Source: Methanothrix sp. (GTDB taxonomy: Archaea > Halobacteriota > Methanosarcinia > Methanotrichales > Methanotrichaceae). From it: DNA of 64,000 nt. The position numbers were made by a program, and so were the translations under genes. The notes under the pieces were generated by a model. The model did not search any database and was not told the DNA's origin. It worked only from the letters and a program-made list of their open reading frames with translations. Location of the stretch: positions 1,344,001 to 1,408,000 of the forward strand of contig OY821645.1 in assembly GCA_963682135.1 (NCBI GenBank). The letters are read 5' to 3'. How positions within the stretch are numbered: position 1 is the stretch's first letter; every line of letters starts with the position of its first letter. Below are positions 39,031 to 51,400 of this stretch, piece by piece.

Positions 39031-39152
39031 AGCTACTGCAATACCCTTCGTTGTTCTACCCCGTTATTATGTAGATATTAGGCTCTTCTAGATAAAAAAG
39101 TTATTGTAGCCAAAAGTTTCATCTTACCCCTTGAACCATTCCTCGATTCAAG

Positions 39153-39950
39153 ATGTGCAAAGAACTCGCCGTGGTTATGGATGTGGCAGGAACCTTATTG
39201 AGGATGTATCGCGTAGCCAAGGATATCGAAAAGGGCGCTATTCTGGTGAATGTGGTTACCTGGGAGTTGATCATGGAGAAAAAAGGTCGAGTCCTGGTTG
39301 TACCACAGATGGACCCCAACCTCATGTTATCCTTTCGGCCCGATGATACCCTGGGGACCCTGATCGATGGTCGCGAGCAATTGCTGGAGATAAGCTGCGC
39401 CAGCAGTCCCATTTCTAAATTTGAAGTCGTGCGTATTCTTGCCCGCTCTCATGCCAAGATTGGTGATCTTGTGCAGGTGTATCAGGAAGTATCGACCAGG
39501 TGTCCCGGCAATTACATTACAGTTGGCATGATCGTCGATGCGCAATTACAGGAGGTTGCTTATGCACTCAGCACAGGGGGGTCCCCCTTCCCTGGATCAA
39601 AAGATGTCCTGGCAACTCTTAAAAATCAAGGCGCGGATATCTATGTGGCCTCCGGAGACAGCAAGAGAAGCCTTGCCTATCTCAAAGAATTAGGTATAGA
39701 CCTCTCGCGAGTTTATCCCGTCTCCGGCCCAATGCAAAAAAAAGAGATCGTAGTCAATTTGAAGAGCAAATACAGCCGAGTGGTAATGGTGGGCGACGGT
39801 CTAAACGATCTTTATGCTTTAAGGGCGGCAGACCTGGGTATCCTGACCGTACAGCAGGATACTCGTCCCACTTTGAAGCTGCGTCAGGCCGCGGATAAGA
39901 TAATAACGAATATAAAAGAACTGCCTAAAATACTGGAGGCCAACCATTAG
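39153..39950 (+). CDS. HAD-superfamily hydrolase (soluble P-type ATPase-like)
   Basis: MDVAGT, VASGD, K, and MVGDGLNDLYALRAAD. Confidence 0.88.
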   Translation: MCKELAVVMDVAGTLLRMYRVAKDIEKGAILVNVVTWELIMEKKGRVLVVPQMDPNLMLSFRPDDTLGTLIDGREQLLEISCASSPISKFEVVRILARSHAKIGDLVQVYQEVSTRCPGNYITVGMIVDAQLQEVAYALSTGGSPFPGSKDVLATLKNQGADIYVASGDSKRSLAYLKELGIDLSRVYPVSGPMQKKEIVVNLKSKYSRVVMVGDGLNDLYALRAADLGILTVQQDTRPTLKLRQAADKIITNIKELPKILEANH

Positions 39951-40163
39951 ATTATTATCAATACAATTAGTGTCTGGAATTATCGTTCTCCCTTATCCAT
40001 CTAATTCGGGCGACGGATGAATTGTGTAGATGATTGGCAAATATTCGGGCAATCGAATAATTCTTAGAAAAGTATATATACTTGGATAGTTCATTTATAC
40101 TTGTTAACATTTTAAATTTGCTTCGAAATAAGATCGTACTAGAATACTAGGAGTAGCGCATAA

Positions 40164-40721
40164 ATGTTCGAAGAGCTTTTAGAGATATACAAAACAAAGG
40201 CAGAAGAGATTGAGAAAAGTAGAAGAGAAGCACAAGCCATGCTCTTACTGGTTTCTGCCATCGAGAAGATATCACGGGAGTCTGATTCCAAACAGAGCGA
40301 TGTGGAACTCTTAGGCAGGCTGATCGATCAGGTTGATCGCCTATCCAAAGAGGTATCCGATCTGAAGAGCCAGCTTCGCACCCGGCAGGGACGACCGATG
40401 CCCATTCAGGAAACGAGCTCGGGAGATGGAAAGGCCCTGGATAACCATGCTCAATCTTTGATTGAGATCATAGAAGAAAGGCCGGGCAGGTATACAACCA
40501 GTGAGCTGGTGGACATGCTGGGCTTGAATAAGACCACAGTAATAAGCGTGATGAAGCGCGCCCATGAACTCGATCCGAAGCATGTCAAGATGACTCAGGG
40601 AAAAAGGCGCAAGCTCTATCTGTCTTATGTGTCTGAAGGTGAGGTACAGACGACTGAAGAATCGTCGTCCGAATCGGGTGAATCTGACAGGCTGAAGCTA
40701 GAGCTTATGGCCATGACCTAA
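40164..40721 (+). CDS. Hypothetical coiled-coil plus winged-helix DNA-binding protein
   Basis: Heptad-like N-terminal helices and an HTH-like TTSELVDMLGLNKTTVISVMKRA; SD-like GGAG upstream. Confidence 0.65.
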   Translation: MFEELLEIYKTKAEEIEKSRREAQAMLLLVSAIEKISRESDSKQSDVELLGRLIDQVDRLSKEVSDLKSQLRTRQGRPMPIQETSSGDGKALDNHAQSLIEIIEERPGRYTTSELVDMLGLNKTTVISVMKRAHELDPKHVKMTQGKRRKLYLSYVSEGEVQTTEESSSESGESDRLKLELMAMT

Positions 40722-40996
40722 AAGATGGGATAAACTCTCAGACAATCCATAAATTACCAATCAGTTAAAGGTCGGGCTGCCCACAGTTTTTCGGCGGCTT
40801 TGGCCCTTAAGTGGGTTATTTTGACCAGGTGGAAAAAGCGACTGAGCTGATATCTACATATATTTTGTTTATAAGTACAGTTGAGTGATCCGTGCCGCGC
40901 ATCCGTCGATATGAGCTTTTGAAAATACTATGACAACATTGTAGACAATTTTGACGGGAATAAAAAGAAGCAAGAGCCAGGAGGCGATCCCCTGCT

Positions 40997-42055
40997 TCAA
41001 GTCTTCTTTTGCTTTCGTCGATACAAGTATCCACCGACAGCAACGATTATGATAAGAATGGCAATTGCCGGCATGAGCAGAGATGCAGAAGCAGCCTTGA
41101 CCACGACGGGTATCTTCATGCTCTCGGAGATTATCGAATCGCCGTTAATATCGATATATTTTATCTCGCTGTTTATGCCATATTCCTTGGGGGTAGCATC
41201 GGAATCAACGTCAAGCCGAAATACTACGGTCTTCTCTTCTCCCGGAGCCAGCGTTCCAATAAATGCCTGATCGTCGGTGGAAGAGAACGGCTTGAAGATG
41301 GAAAGCCTTGCGATCGCGTCTTTGACGGGATCCTCGCCAATATTTTTATATGTCGCTTCGATTTCTGCCTTCTTGGCGCCGGCTGAGAGCACGCCTGTTG
41401 AATTCCTGATCACAAAGTCAGCCTGCCTCTTGATTTTGATGATGAGAGGGACGGTCTGATTGGCCTTCTGGTAGATATATGACACCTGGTAATTCGCCAA
41501 GGTGGGCGTACTTCCGCTGGTAACTAGCTTGGAAGCCTGCACCCTGACATTATCCTGATAATCGTAGGATAGGTTCAGACTGAGCGGATAGGTTCCTGCT
41601 GGGGCATGCTCTCCTACCTTGACCGTAAATTTCAAAGGCGACTGGGTCTTATCGCCCGACTTAAGAGATTGAATAACCTGGTCACCAGATTTTATCTCTA
41701 TCTGAGGATTATCGGAGCGCAGGTACGCAGTGATGCCCAGTGCCGTCGGCTTTTTGTACTCTTCTTGCAGCTCTGCGCTGGCCAATGCGAACTCCTTAGA
41801 ATCTTCTGGTGTCAGATCCTCCTTGAAACCCAATATCCGCCCATAGTTGGTCAGATCAACATAGATAGAAACAGTATCTCCACGCTCAAACTCATCCGTC
41901 CCGGAAATGCTGGCAGAGATATCCGGGCTGCCATACATGGTGTAGTAATTATCTCCGCCCAGCTCATAGGGTATGTAGGTATTTTGAGCCGAGACTGCCG
42001 CTATTAGAGTCAACAGGCAAAAGCCAACCAGGGCCATCTTAATTCTCATAATCAT
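40997..42055 (-). CDS. COG1361 / S-layer-domain-like Ig-fold surface protein with C-terminal TM anchor
   Basis: Signal peptide; PAGTYPL.L.LSY.Y and PFSSTDDQAFIG.L.PGE; C-terminal TM plus basic tail; ATGA-coupled to the RND gene. Confidence 0.8.
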   Translation of the reverse strand: MIMRIKMALVGFCLLTLIAAVSAQNTYIPYELGGDNYYTMYGSPDISASISGTDEFERGDTVSIYVDLTNYGRILGFKEDLTPEDSKEFALASAELQEEYKKPTALGITAYLRSDNPQIEIKSGDQVIQSLKSGDKTQSPLKFTVKVGEHAPAGTYPLSLNLSYDYQDNVRVQASKLVTSGSTPTLANYQVSYIYQKANQTVPLIIKIKRQADFVIRNSTGVLSAGAKKAEIEATYKNIGEDPVKDAIARLSIFKPFSSTDDQAFIGTLAPGEEKTVVFRLDVDSDATPKEYGINSEIKYIDINGDSIISESMKIPVVVKAASASLLMPAIAILIIIVAVGGYLYRRKQKKT

Positions 42056-44376
42056 CCTCGTCTTGCCATCAGCTTGAGGGCTTTCGTTAGCTCATATTTC
42101 GCATTCTCAACCGCAGCACGCCGAATCTCCATGCGGTACATGAGCACTACGAAGACCGTGAAGGTCGTGAGCAATGCGAATACTATCGCTAAGACTGTAA
42201 CGGTTCCGAAATTGTTGGTAATTAGGAAGGGTGAAGAGATCAAGGCCGCAAATCCAAATATGGTGGTAAGACCTGATGCCATAAGTGCGGAACCAATACG
42301 CCGTGATGTAATCTTGAGCGCTTCTCGCGGCTCCCCGATTCTCGCCAGCTCCTCATAGAAGCGCTCCATCATCAATATTGCGTACTCCGATCCAACGCCC
42401 AGAATAAGTGCTCCCAGGCATGCCGTAAGAGGCGTGTATTTCATGTCGGCCAGATACATCACTCCCCCCATCCAGCCGATTACCACCAGCATGGGCAATA
42501 CCGGAAGAAGCGCCTTTATAAGATCTCTGTAGATCGCCAGCAGCACTATGAAGATCAGCACCAATCCAAGCAGTGTCATCTCCGTCCTGCCTTGAGTCAG
42601 AGCACCGATGACGGTAGTCATAACCACGGCATCGCCCGTCTCTCGCACGGACACCCCCGGAGGGGGCGGATGCCAGGCAATATCTTTATCGATCTCTTTT
42701 ATTAGCCGGTTAGTGCCTTCTGCACCCAGGTTGGTCAGAGCCTTGCCCACATTCAGCTTGATCAGGGCAGTGTCGTGACCATCCATGTGCCGAACCAGCA
42801 TCGCGACGGGCAGCGTCTCAATCAGCCTTCTGATCTCAGTAATGTCCCCCGGGATCACTCCGCCATTGGACTGCTTGACTAAAGAGGCAATGCTCTCGTA
42901 ACCAAATATTTGATCACGCGATTCCATTAGATAATCGGAAAAATCGTCCATCCAGCGCAGGGTATCGGGATTGGTAATGTCATCCGCCTGAACAATAAGG
43001 TCCAACGTATCCGTGCCTCCAAAGATATCGCTCATATGTCTAAAGTCGATGAGGGGTGGCAAATCCTGGGGCACGTAGTTCTTGAAATCGGTATCAACCT
43101 GGACCAGGGTATCTGCATAGATGCCCGCCAGAGAGAGGAATAGTGCAGCCGCAAGCACCAGATGCCATCTTTGAATGCAGATGTCCGAGACCTTTTCGAT
43201 GAGGTCTCCGATTATCGTATCTTTTGGTGCATTGGACGATGCACCTTCTTCTTGCATTGATATTCGGGACGAATTTCTCCTCTCCACTACGTAAAGGAGA
43301 GTAACCCCCACGAAAAGGGCAGACAGATAGCAAAGGAAGAGCCCGACAAGGCATAGCAGCCCAAAATCTCTGGTCATGGGCACGGATGATGTGAGGAGAG
43401 AGACAAAGCCCATGGCGGTTATGATCAGGGCGATCATGACCGGCATGGAGACATTGCCAACAGTCTCTACCACAGCCTGCCTTGGTGAGCCGCTCTTGAG
43501 GAATTCTTCATCGATCCTGTTATGAAATTGAATAGCATAGTCTATGCCGATGCCGATCAGCACAGGGAAGGCGGACATGGATACCATGGTAAAAGGTATG
43601 TGAAGAAATCCCATAGCTCCGAAGGTCCAGGTTACGCCCAGGAAGACAATCGGTATGGGAAGCAGCGACCATCTCACATGATTGAACGAAATCAAGAGTG
43701 CTACTATCATGAGAAGGCCGGCTAGAGCCAGGATGGGACCGTTGCTCGTGGCCATCTCCTCGGTTATTGATTGCATAAGCGCCGGCTTGCCGGTAACCGT
43801 AATGACTACGTCCGCCGGAAACTCAGCCATCTTCACCTGGCCGGATGTCTCGGCATAAATCTCTTTAAGTTGTGCCTCCTTTAACGATACCGGCAGATCG
43901 ATGGTGAGCATGGTGTGCTTTTTATCGGGCATCAAGGCATTTACTGCCGGAAGATTAGACGGATAAGCGAGAATTTCGTCTACCCTCTCCTGGGTTGGAA
44001 TTGATCGTATTCCGCTCTCGCTTTTCTCTGTATCCGCTACGATATCGGCAATGCTCGTCACAGCCAGCACATCCGGAGCCATGCGTATCTTTTGCGAAAA
44101 TTTATCCATCGATCTCAGGATATCCGGTTTTGTTACATCGTCCGCTTCAATGAGCACAGCTATGGACTCGGTGGCAAACTTTTCCACATAGAGGTGGTCG
44201 AAAAGCTGGTAAAGAGGGGAATCTTTGCCGACCATGCTCTCCGTTGTCATTCCTTGCATCTCAATTTGCTGGGCATAGTGCAGTGAGGCAACAGTTAGAA
44301 GCAGTGCAGCTGCCATGATTATGATAGGATTGTCTGCAATCCATTGGCCGAGCCTTTCTGTGCCTTTCATTCGCAT
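42052..44376 (-). CDS. RND-superfamily (HAE3/MMPL-like) transporter
   Basis: Two internal halves with large external loops, and motifs IGIGIDYAIQFHNR and LGVGSEYAILMMERF. Confidence 0.92.
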   Translation of the reverse strand: MRMKGTERLGQWIADNPIIIMAAALLLTVASLHYAQQIEMQGMTTESMVGKDSPLYQLFDHLYVEKFATESIAVLIEADDVTKPDILRSMDKFSQKIRMAPDVLAVTSIADIVADTEKSESGIRSIPTQERVDEILAYPSNLPAVNALMPDKKHTMLTIDLPVSLKEAQLKEIYAETSGQVKMAEFPADVVITVTGKPALMQSITEEMATSNGPILALAGLLMIVALLISFNHVRWSLLPIPIVFLGVTWTFGAMGFLHIPFTMVSMSAFPVLIGIGIDYAIQFHNRIDEEFLKSGSPRQAVVETVGNVSMPVMIALIITAMGFVSLLTSSVPMTRDFGLLCLVGLFLCYLSALFVGVTLLYVVERRNSSRISMQEEGASSNAPKDTIIGDLIEKVSDICIQRWHLVLAAALFLSLAGIYADTLVQVDTDFKNYVPQDLPPLIDFRHMSDIFGGTDTLDLIVQADDITNPDTLRWMDDFSDYLMESRDQIFGYESIASLVKQSNGGVIPGDITEIRRLIETLPVAMLVRHMDGHDTALIKLNVGKALTNLGAEGTNRLIKEIDKDIAWHPPPPGVSVRETGDAVVMTTVIGALTQGRTEMTLLGLVLIFIVLLAIYRDLIKALLPVLPMLVVIGWMGGVMYLADMKYTPLTACLGALILGVGSEYAILMMERFYEELARIGEPREALKITSRRIGSALMASGLTTIFGFAALISSPFLITNNFGTVTVLAIVFALLTTFTVFVVLMYRMEIRRAAVENAKYELTKALKLMARRG

Positions 44377-44387
44377 TTACCTCAATT

Positions 44388-44418
44388 ATGTTCGGAAATT
44401 ACCAAACGTCCGGAACAT
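44388..44418. promoter_or_regulatory. Candidate operator between the divergent RND and regulator genes
   Basis: ATGTTCGGA-N12-TCCGGAACAT imperfect inverted repeat, containing TTCGG-AAATTA-CCAAA, beside a TATA-like ACTTAAAA. Confidence 0.45.
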
Positions 44419-44456
44419 GCGAAAAGTACTTAAAAGTTGTGGTCTTCAGAAAATGG

Positions 44457-44975
44457 ATGGAACGAGATGAGAAGGAAATCCTGAAGATATATATGGTCGA
44501 TGCCTTCGTCAAAGTTGCGAGTAGCTACGGCTGCTGTGATGCCGTGGGAGTCTTGCGCGGCACATTGTTTCTGGCGGACAGGCCCGTCTCCATGGATGAA
44601 CTTGTAGAGGAAACAGGGTACAGCAAGTCAACAGTCAGCGCCAATATGAGCACGCTGGAAAGACGGGGACTGGCAAAGAGAATAGTAATACCGGGCGACA
44701 AGAGATACCACTATATACCGGTTACCGAACCTGAATCTCTTAAGAAAGAAATGATAATCAATATGAGGAATGAGATGCAGGTCATAATCGCCGCTATGAA
44801 CAGGACGCAGGAGGAACTCAAAGCCGGCGGGTATGCGTCAGAAGCTGTATTGAAAAGGATTGACAAAGCAAGGCGTTTCTACATGCAGACTGACCGACTC
44901 TTGGACATGATATCCCGATACAACATGGAAGAATTGATCGCTCTGTTGCAGCGGGATCTTCAAGAGAAAAAATAG
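44457..44975 (+). CDS. GbsR/MarR-family transcriptional regulator
   Basis: LFLADRPVSMDELVEETGYSKSTVSANM and PGDKRYHY; divergent from the RND operon. Confidence 0.88.
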   Translation: MERDEKEILKIYMVDAFVKVASSYGCCDAVGVLRGTLFLADRPVSMDELVEETGYSKSTVSANMSTLERRGLAKRIVIPGDKRYHYIPVTEPESLKKEMIINMRNEMQVIIAAMNRTQEELKAGGYASEAVLKRIDKARRFYMQTDRLLDMISRYNMEELIALLQRDLQEKK

Positions 44976-45127
44976 CCCTAAAATGGATTAAGAAAAGCAA
45001 TCGCAAAAAGACCATTCTCAACCATCACTGCATCCAGATGTATAATAAATATTAGCACTCTGATCGTCCAATATATTGATTAAGAATAACGATGTCTTTG
45101 CGTTGGAAGCATAGGCAGTGATAACCG

Positions 45128-48100
45128 TTGGGCGAAGAGAAGCTTGCAGGCTTCGATCCTGAAACAAAGATCGAGCAGATGTTGCGGGAGATTGCGAAGG
45201 TACAGGAGAGTGGCGGCAATGATGAGCAAATGCGGGTGTCGCTCTTAAACCTAAAGGAGGGCCTCGAAGATCTATTGTCATGCTTGCCGCAGCGCTGCAC
45301 ATCTCTTCAAGAGGAATGTGCTCCCCCCATTGGGAAGAACTCAGAGAATGAGATTCAGAAGATGACAAGAACGGTGGAGGCACTTCCTTCGGACATAGTA
45401 CTTACTGATCTTGACGGAAATATTGAGTATGTAAACGCCAGTCTCCTGAAAAATTCCGGTTTTAGCGACATATCCGATGTAAAAGGATTATCCGTATTCG
45501 ATTTTACGAATGTTGAAGGAAAAGCCAAGCTGAAAGAGGAGATCATACCCGCCCTTCACTCCGTCGGCCAATGGCAAGGAGAGCTTCTCTTAAAGAAAGC
45601 TGATGGCCAATCCTATATGGCAGAGATGATTTGCGCACTGGTCAAAGACGACTCCGGAAACCCCACCTACCTCTTGGCGAACTTTTTCAACATCACCGAC
45701 AGAAAGCGCGCGGAAGAAGCATTGCTTCTGGATGATTCCCGACTGGAGGCTCTGCAAAGGCTAAACCAGATGGATGAGGCATCGACTCAAGAGATCACCG
45801 ACTTCGCCCTGGAAGCCGGGGTCAAGCTTACCGGCTCCAAGCTCGGCTACCTGGCTTTCGTTGACGATAAAGAAGAGACGCTCTATATGCACTCTTGGTC
45901 CAAGAAGGCCATGCAGATGTGCGATATTGAAGTTAAAAATGTAGTCTATCATCTGCAGGAGACAGGGCTTTGGGGCGAGGCTATTCGGCAGAGAAAAGCG
46001 GTGATAACCAATGATTATGCCTCCTGTCCCCAGAAAAGAGGCACTCCCGTAGGTCACGTCGATATTGTGCGCCACATGAATGTGCCAGTAATGGACAAGG
46101 GCAAGATAGTAGTTGTGGCAGGTCTGGGCAACAAGAAGGTGGAGTACGATGACTCCGATGTGCGCCAGCTAACACTCCTCATGAGCGGCATGTGGAAGAT
46201 CATCCAGCGAAGAGAAGCAGAGGAGGCATTGCACCGGCGCGATTTATTGCTTCAAGAAGCAGCCAAGGCCACCAACTACATGCTCACTCCCGATCCCCAG
46301 GCCATAACCAGAGCATTAGGCATTCTGGGAGAAGCTGAAGATGTGGATCGGGTCCATATTCTGGAGAACCGGGAATTGCAGAGCGAAATGAGGCTGGAGA
46401 TCATTCCTCTGCAATGGTTTAGGGAGCCAGGAAAGCCATTTTCCGGGGATTTATCCTGGGTGGAGCATTTTCCAGACTGGAGGGAAATGCTCTCACGAAG
46501 CGATCCTATTCAGGGCATAACCAGGCAAATCTCACATCCTGGTACAAAGGTGCTGGAGGATTTAGAAGTTCGCTCTTTTCTGCTCCTGCCCGTCTTCATC
46601 GAGGATCGTTTTTTTGCAGTTATATGTTTTGAAGACTGTCATAATGAGCGGCAATGGATCGATAGCGAGATATCTGTACTTCAGGCCGCGGCGGGAAGTA
46701 TCGGAGAAGCCATTTTGCGAAGAAGGATGGAAGAAGCCCTGAGAAAGACGCAAGAAGGACTGGAAAAGAGTGTGTCGGAGAGAACGGCCTGGCTCCTCCG
46801 AGCAAATGAGGCGCTGCAAGAGGAGATGGTCAAACATAGGAAGACGGAAATGGAGCTTCGTTCTGCACAGCAGGCAGCAGATGCGGCTTGCCGGGCAAAG
46901 AGCGAGTTTTTGGCCAATATGAGCCACGAGATACGCACCCCTATGAATGCAGTGATTGGCCTTGCGGGGCTATTGCTGGAAACCAGACTAACGGAAGAGC
47001 AACGTGACTATGTGGAGACCATTCACAGCAGTGGTGATGCGTTGCTTGCTATTATCAACGATATCCTGGATTTTTCAAAGATTGATGAAGGCAAGATGAA
47101 GCTGGAGCATTTGCCATTCATTTTGCGCGAGAGCATTGAGTCCTCGCTGAATATGGTGGCAACAAAGGCTGCGGAGAAAGGACTGGATCTTACCTATGCT
47201 ATTGACGAGAGGATCGCCCCCACCATCCTGGGAGACTCGGTTAGACTGCGCCAGGTCCTGGCCAACCTGCTCAGCAATGCGGTAAAATTTACGGAAAAAG
47301 GTAGCATTGCCATTCAAGTCCAGCCGGGTGAAAATGAGGATGAAATTCAATTTTCAGTTAGCGATACGGGAATAGGCATCAGCCCTGATGACATGAAAAA
47401 GCTCTTCCACTCCTTCAGCCAGGTGGATGCCTCCACCTCCAGAAAATATGGCGGAACGGGTCTGGGCCTGGCCATAAGCAAGAGGTTGGTAGAGCTGATG
47501 GGTGGCAAGATATGGGTACATAGCAAGTTGGGCGAGGGCTCAACCTTTAGCTTCAATATTTTTGCCCCACCATTTTCAGGAGTGGCTGCGATGCAGCATC
47601 TGGCCGGCAAGAAGATAATGGCTTTGCTCAGCAGCGTGAGCTGCTTGAAGGTGCTGTTGGATTATGCCCGCTCCTGGGGGATGCAGATCTATCCTGTGGT
47701 ATCGTCCGTTGAAGCGGCAGAGCTGGTAGATAGCCGTTTCGATGCAGCTATCTTGGATCTAGATGTCCCGGGGGCTGAGGAGCTGGCCGAAGAGATAGGT
47801 GAAAGGCTTCCCATCATCAACCTCGCAACGCCAGGTGGGCTGAGAGCAGGCAAGAAGACTCTGATCAAGCCCTTTTCGCAAGCCAGCATTCTCTTCGCCC
47901 TGCAAGAGGCTTTAGCTCCCCCGCGCCATAAGAAGATGAGACAATGTAGCAGCGAAGCAATGCACCCCGACCTGGCCATATTGCTGGCGGAAGACAACCT
48001 CGTCAACCAGAAGGTCGCGCGTCTTATGCTAAAGAAGCTGGGCTACAGAGCAGACCTGGCCAGCAATGGCCGAGAGGTCTTGCAGGCGATTTCAAAAAAG

Positions 48101-48358
48101 AGCTACGATGTGATCCTCATGGATGTGCAGATGCCGGAGATGGACGGTCTTGAGGCCACCCGTGCCATTTTGGATCTCAATTTGGAAAAAAGGCCCAAAA
48201 TCCTGGCCATGACCGCTTATGCCTTGGAAGGGGATAAAGAGAGATGTTTGCTGGCCGGCATGGACGGCTATATATCCAAACCGGTGCAGCTGGATGAGTT
48301 GAGAAGGGCCCTGTCAAGCCTGCAAGACACCTCATGCGATGAGGATAAGACTGATTGA
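45128..48358 (+). CDS. Hybrid histidine kinase: PAS-GAF-GAF-HisKA-HATPase-(pseudo)REC-REC
   Basis: PAS region, GAF motifs [18 protein letters not shown] and HMNVPV, H-box [24 protein letters not shown], and receiver [11 protein letters not shown]. Confidence 0.94.
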   Translation: MGEEKLAGFDPETKIEQMLREIAKVQESGGNDEQMRVSLLNLKEGLEDLLSCLPQRCTSLQEECAPPIGKNSENEIQKMTRTVEALPSDIVLTDLDGNIEYVNASLLKNSGFSDISDVKGLSVFDFTNVEGKAKLKEEIIPALHSVGQWQGELLLKKADGQSYMAEMICALVKDDSGNPTYLLANFFNITDRKRAEEALLLDDSRLEALQRLNQMDEASTQEITDFALEAGVKLTGSKLGYLAFVDDKEETLYMHSWSKKAMQMCDIEVKNVVYHLQETGLWGEAIRQRKAVITNDYASCPQKRGTPVGHVDIVRHMNVPVMDKGKIVVVAGLGNKKVEYDDSDVRQLTLLMSGMWKIIQRREAEEALHRRDLLLQEAAKATNYMLTPDPQAITRALGILGEAEDVDRVHILENRELQSEMRLEIIPLQWFREPGKPFSGDLSWVEHFPDWREMLSRSDPIQGITRQISHPGTKVLEDLEVRSFLLLPVFIEDRFFAVICFEDCHNERQWIDSEISVLQAAAGSIGEAILRRRMEEALRKTQEGLEKSVSERTAWLLRANEALQEEMVKHRKTEMELRSAQQAADAACRAKSEFLANMSHEIRTPMNAVIGLAGLLLETRLTEEQRDYVETIHSSGDALLAIINDILDFSKIDEGKMKLEHLPFILRESIESSLNMVATKAAEKGLDLTYAIDERIAPTILGDSVRLRQVLANLLSNAVKFTEKGSIAIQVQPGENEDEIQFSVSDTGIGISPDDMKKLFHSFSQVDASTSRKYGGTGLGLAISKRLVELMGGKIWVHSKLGEGSTFSFNIFAPPFSGVAAMQHLAGKKIMALLSSVSCLKVLLDYARSWGMQIYPVVSSVEAAELVDSRFDAAILDLDVPGAEELAEEIGERLPIINLATPGGLRAGKKTLIKPFSQASILFALQEALAPPRHKKMRQCSSEAMHPDLAILLAEDNLVNQKVARLMLKKLGYRADLASNGREVLQAISKKSYDVILMDVQMPEMDGLEATRAILDLNLEKRPKILAMTAYALEGDKERCLLAGMDGYISKPVQLDELRRALSSLQDTSCDEDKTD

Positions 48359-48438
48359 GATGGCTTTTTTAGTCGGCGAACCGGCCGAACAAGGCAGCAG
48401 GACCCTGGCTCCCGCGAATTCTCGCTAATTATTGCCGA

Positions 48439-51400
48439 TTACTCGTATAATGGGCATCCGCAGCTCCCACCCTCCCCTGCGATCTCATCGTCACAGATCA
48501 TCTCCATTCTGTCCAGCCCCCACTCCGGAGGCCGCCAGCCATCCTCTGCGTAAGATGTTGCTTCGCCAACAGTCACCGTAGCGCTCGCCTGCACCGCACT
48601 CCCGCCCGAGCCGTCCAGGGCATGAACCTCTGCCAGGGCGGTGTTCACGAACCTGCCGTTTTGCGCAGCCTGGGTCCGGTACTCGATGAACCGGCTCTTG
48701 CCGGCAGGTATGGCTCCCGTCACCCAGACCAGATTCTCTCCCTGCACCTGGGGCTCTGCGGAAGCATTGAGAAGTTCCAGGCCCGCAGGCAGGCGATCTG
48801 TGACCTGGGCCGCCAGGCTCACATTGGCCCGGTTCTTCAGAAGGACGCGATACCAGATAGTCCTGCCGTCGACTGCGTCGATCCTGGCCTGCTTTTCCAG
48901 GAGCAGATCCGGCTGGCAGCATCCCAGCCATCCAAACTGCATGACGCTCATATTGCCGGCTGTTACCCACTCGTCATTATGCCCACCGGAGGCATAGACC
49001 AGATTGACCAACTCATCCTGCCGGTCGGTTACATTCAGCCTCAAGCTGATGGTCACAGACTGGCCGATGCCCAGATAGAGCAGCGACCAATTGGCATATC
49101 CGGGCTGCAGCCGGTTGGGCTTGAGCGAGGATGTGAGGTAATCGGTTCCGGCGGGGAAGATATCCCAGACGTAGACCGGCCCCAGTGCCGTGTTGCCGTC
49201 GTTCTGAACGGTGATGGTGTAGTCGGCGGCAGCCGTTCCGGGAACCAGCCGCCCGGTCTTGTTCAGGGTGAGGTGAGGCCGGTCAAAGCGGGAGACTCCA
49301 CCCAGGCGGATCTTGCGCTGGATTGTATACTCGCCCACGTACTCCTCGTCCAGGTCCAGAGCGCTTCTGTTGTCCGGCTCGGAGACCGTCCGGAAGCGAC
49401 CCTGACCGCGATAGCTGAGGTTGCTGGACAGGTCGTTCAGACCTGAGGCTCTTGTCTCCTCTTTGATGTAATCGGCACCTTTGACCTCCTGGCCCAGGTA
49501 GCTCTTGCCCGAGCTCTTCGACCAGATTCCGGACTGCCATTTGCCGTAGCCGTAAGCCGGATCTGAGCTGACGGACAGATCTTTGGCCATGTAGCTCTCT
49601 GCTGTGCTGGCCTGCTCTTCGCTCTCGTAGCTGCCGTTTCCGTGCTCGTAGCTTCTCTGGCTCTTCTTGAGCCGCTGGTCGCTCGTAACCTCGCCCTGGC
49701 CGGAGGCATTGCCGATCAGGCGCACATTGCTGCCGTAGTCCTCAAGGCTCTGGTTGAACCGGAATGATCCGGCGTATTCCTGGGAGGACTCGAAGACAGG
49801 CGTTGGCTTGACCGCCTCTCCATCTTTTTTCAGAGCGCCCAGGTGGACCTGGCCCTGCAGAGAGCCTTCGACTGAGATCAGGGTCTCGTTCTTGTCCACC
49901 AGGAGCTTCTGGTCCATCTCCAGGCTCTTAGCATACCGGATCTCATTGCTGGTCGAAGCCTGGGTTGCACGGTTGCGGGTTCTGGTCAGTGAGGAGATCT
50001 CGCTGCTGTAATTTATCGACCTGCCGCCGGGAAGAAGGAAGCTTGTGGGCCGGTAGGCGGCTTTGAGCGAGCCCGCGGTGCTTATGGAGCGGTTCTGCAT
50101 CTGCAGAGCTGCAACCTCTTCGCTGTGGTAGTCACCGCTGCCGTGCTCCGTCTTGAGCAGGCTGGTTCCATCGCGGTCCCGCAGCTTGACGAAGTAGGAC
50201 GTGGAGACCGGCGTGAACTCCTCGCAGGTCAGGGTAACGCTGTTTCTCAGGCCCTGGCTCTGCGTCTCGGTGGAGAGGCGGCGGTAGGTGCTTGCAAATC
50301 CGCTTCCGCTGACGGACGACTCGCTCCAAAAGCTCAGGTTGGAGGCATTCTTGACCTGGAAGAAGACGCTGATGGTGCCCTTCTGGCCGGGGGCAAGATC
50401 GCCAATGGTCCAGATGTTATCCGTGCCCTGGTCTGGAGCAGGCGAGGCGGATAGGAAGATGAGGTCAGGCGAGGCCTGCTCGGTGATCACTACATTGGTC
50501 AAAGCGGTTTTAGCTAGGAGGCTTTCGTAAGCGATGGTGTACCCGATGGTGGCCCCAGGCCAGACCTCCAACAGGTCGGAGGTCTTGTTCAAGTGGACTG
50601 GCTGACCAGTCAGCTTTTCCACATTCACTGAGACCGTGCCCCTGGCCTCGGCTATCGTCACCTCGCTGGAGGTGCCCGTTACCACGACTGCTCCGGTGAG
50701 GCTCTGAGGTGCGTCCGGCTGGACACCGGAGGTTACGGTTATGGTGGTCGAAGGAGCATTCGCATCTCCGGATTTATCCGACTCTGCCGTCTGGGCCGCC
50801 ATCTGTGGGCTGAAGGCAGCGAATGTCCAGGTGATTGTGGTGGTGCCGTCGGCGTTCTGAGTTACGCCCAGAGGACTGTAGTTTGAGCCAATGAAACTCA
50901 GGCCGCTGGGAAGAGTGTATTCAACGATCATGCTATTGAGACCGATACTGCTGTCGTGATTGATGGTGATGTAAAAGGTCAGCTCTTGGCCAGGCAGGAC
51001 ATTCAGTTTGTCGGCAGTAATTGCGACCTGCAAGGCTTGCACAAACCTGCGGTTGCCGAAATCCAGGTCAGTCGGTCCGGGGACTCCTGAGACCAGAGTT
51101 ACGGGATGTGTGCCTGGTGAGGCCGGATAGGATTGCGTCCAGCCGAGTTGGGCAACCTCCTCGATGGTGTAGCTGCCGGGCTCAACGCCGATGAAGGAAT
51201 AGGTACCGTCGGCAGCGGTAACTTTGCTGGCCACCTCGGTTCCCTCTTTTTTTAGCCGGATGGTCCAACCGGAGAGGCCAAGCTCGCCGCTGTCTTTGAG
51301 ACCGTTGCCGTTCTTGTCCTCAAACTTCATGCCGGACAGAACGGTTGACCAGTAGTTGCCGAAATCCAGGTCAGTCGGTCCGGGGACTCCTGAGAGCAGA

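Noticed and set aside
37570-40996. Integrated element at tRNA-Arg, or a replication origin in the AT-rich gaps
   Set aside because: No integrase, no tRNA 3' duplication, no cdc6 gene and no convincing repeated ORB motifs were seen.
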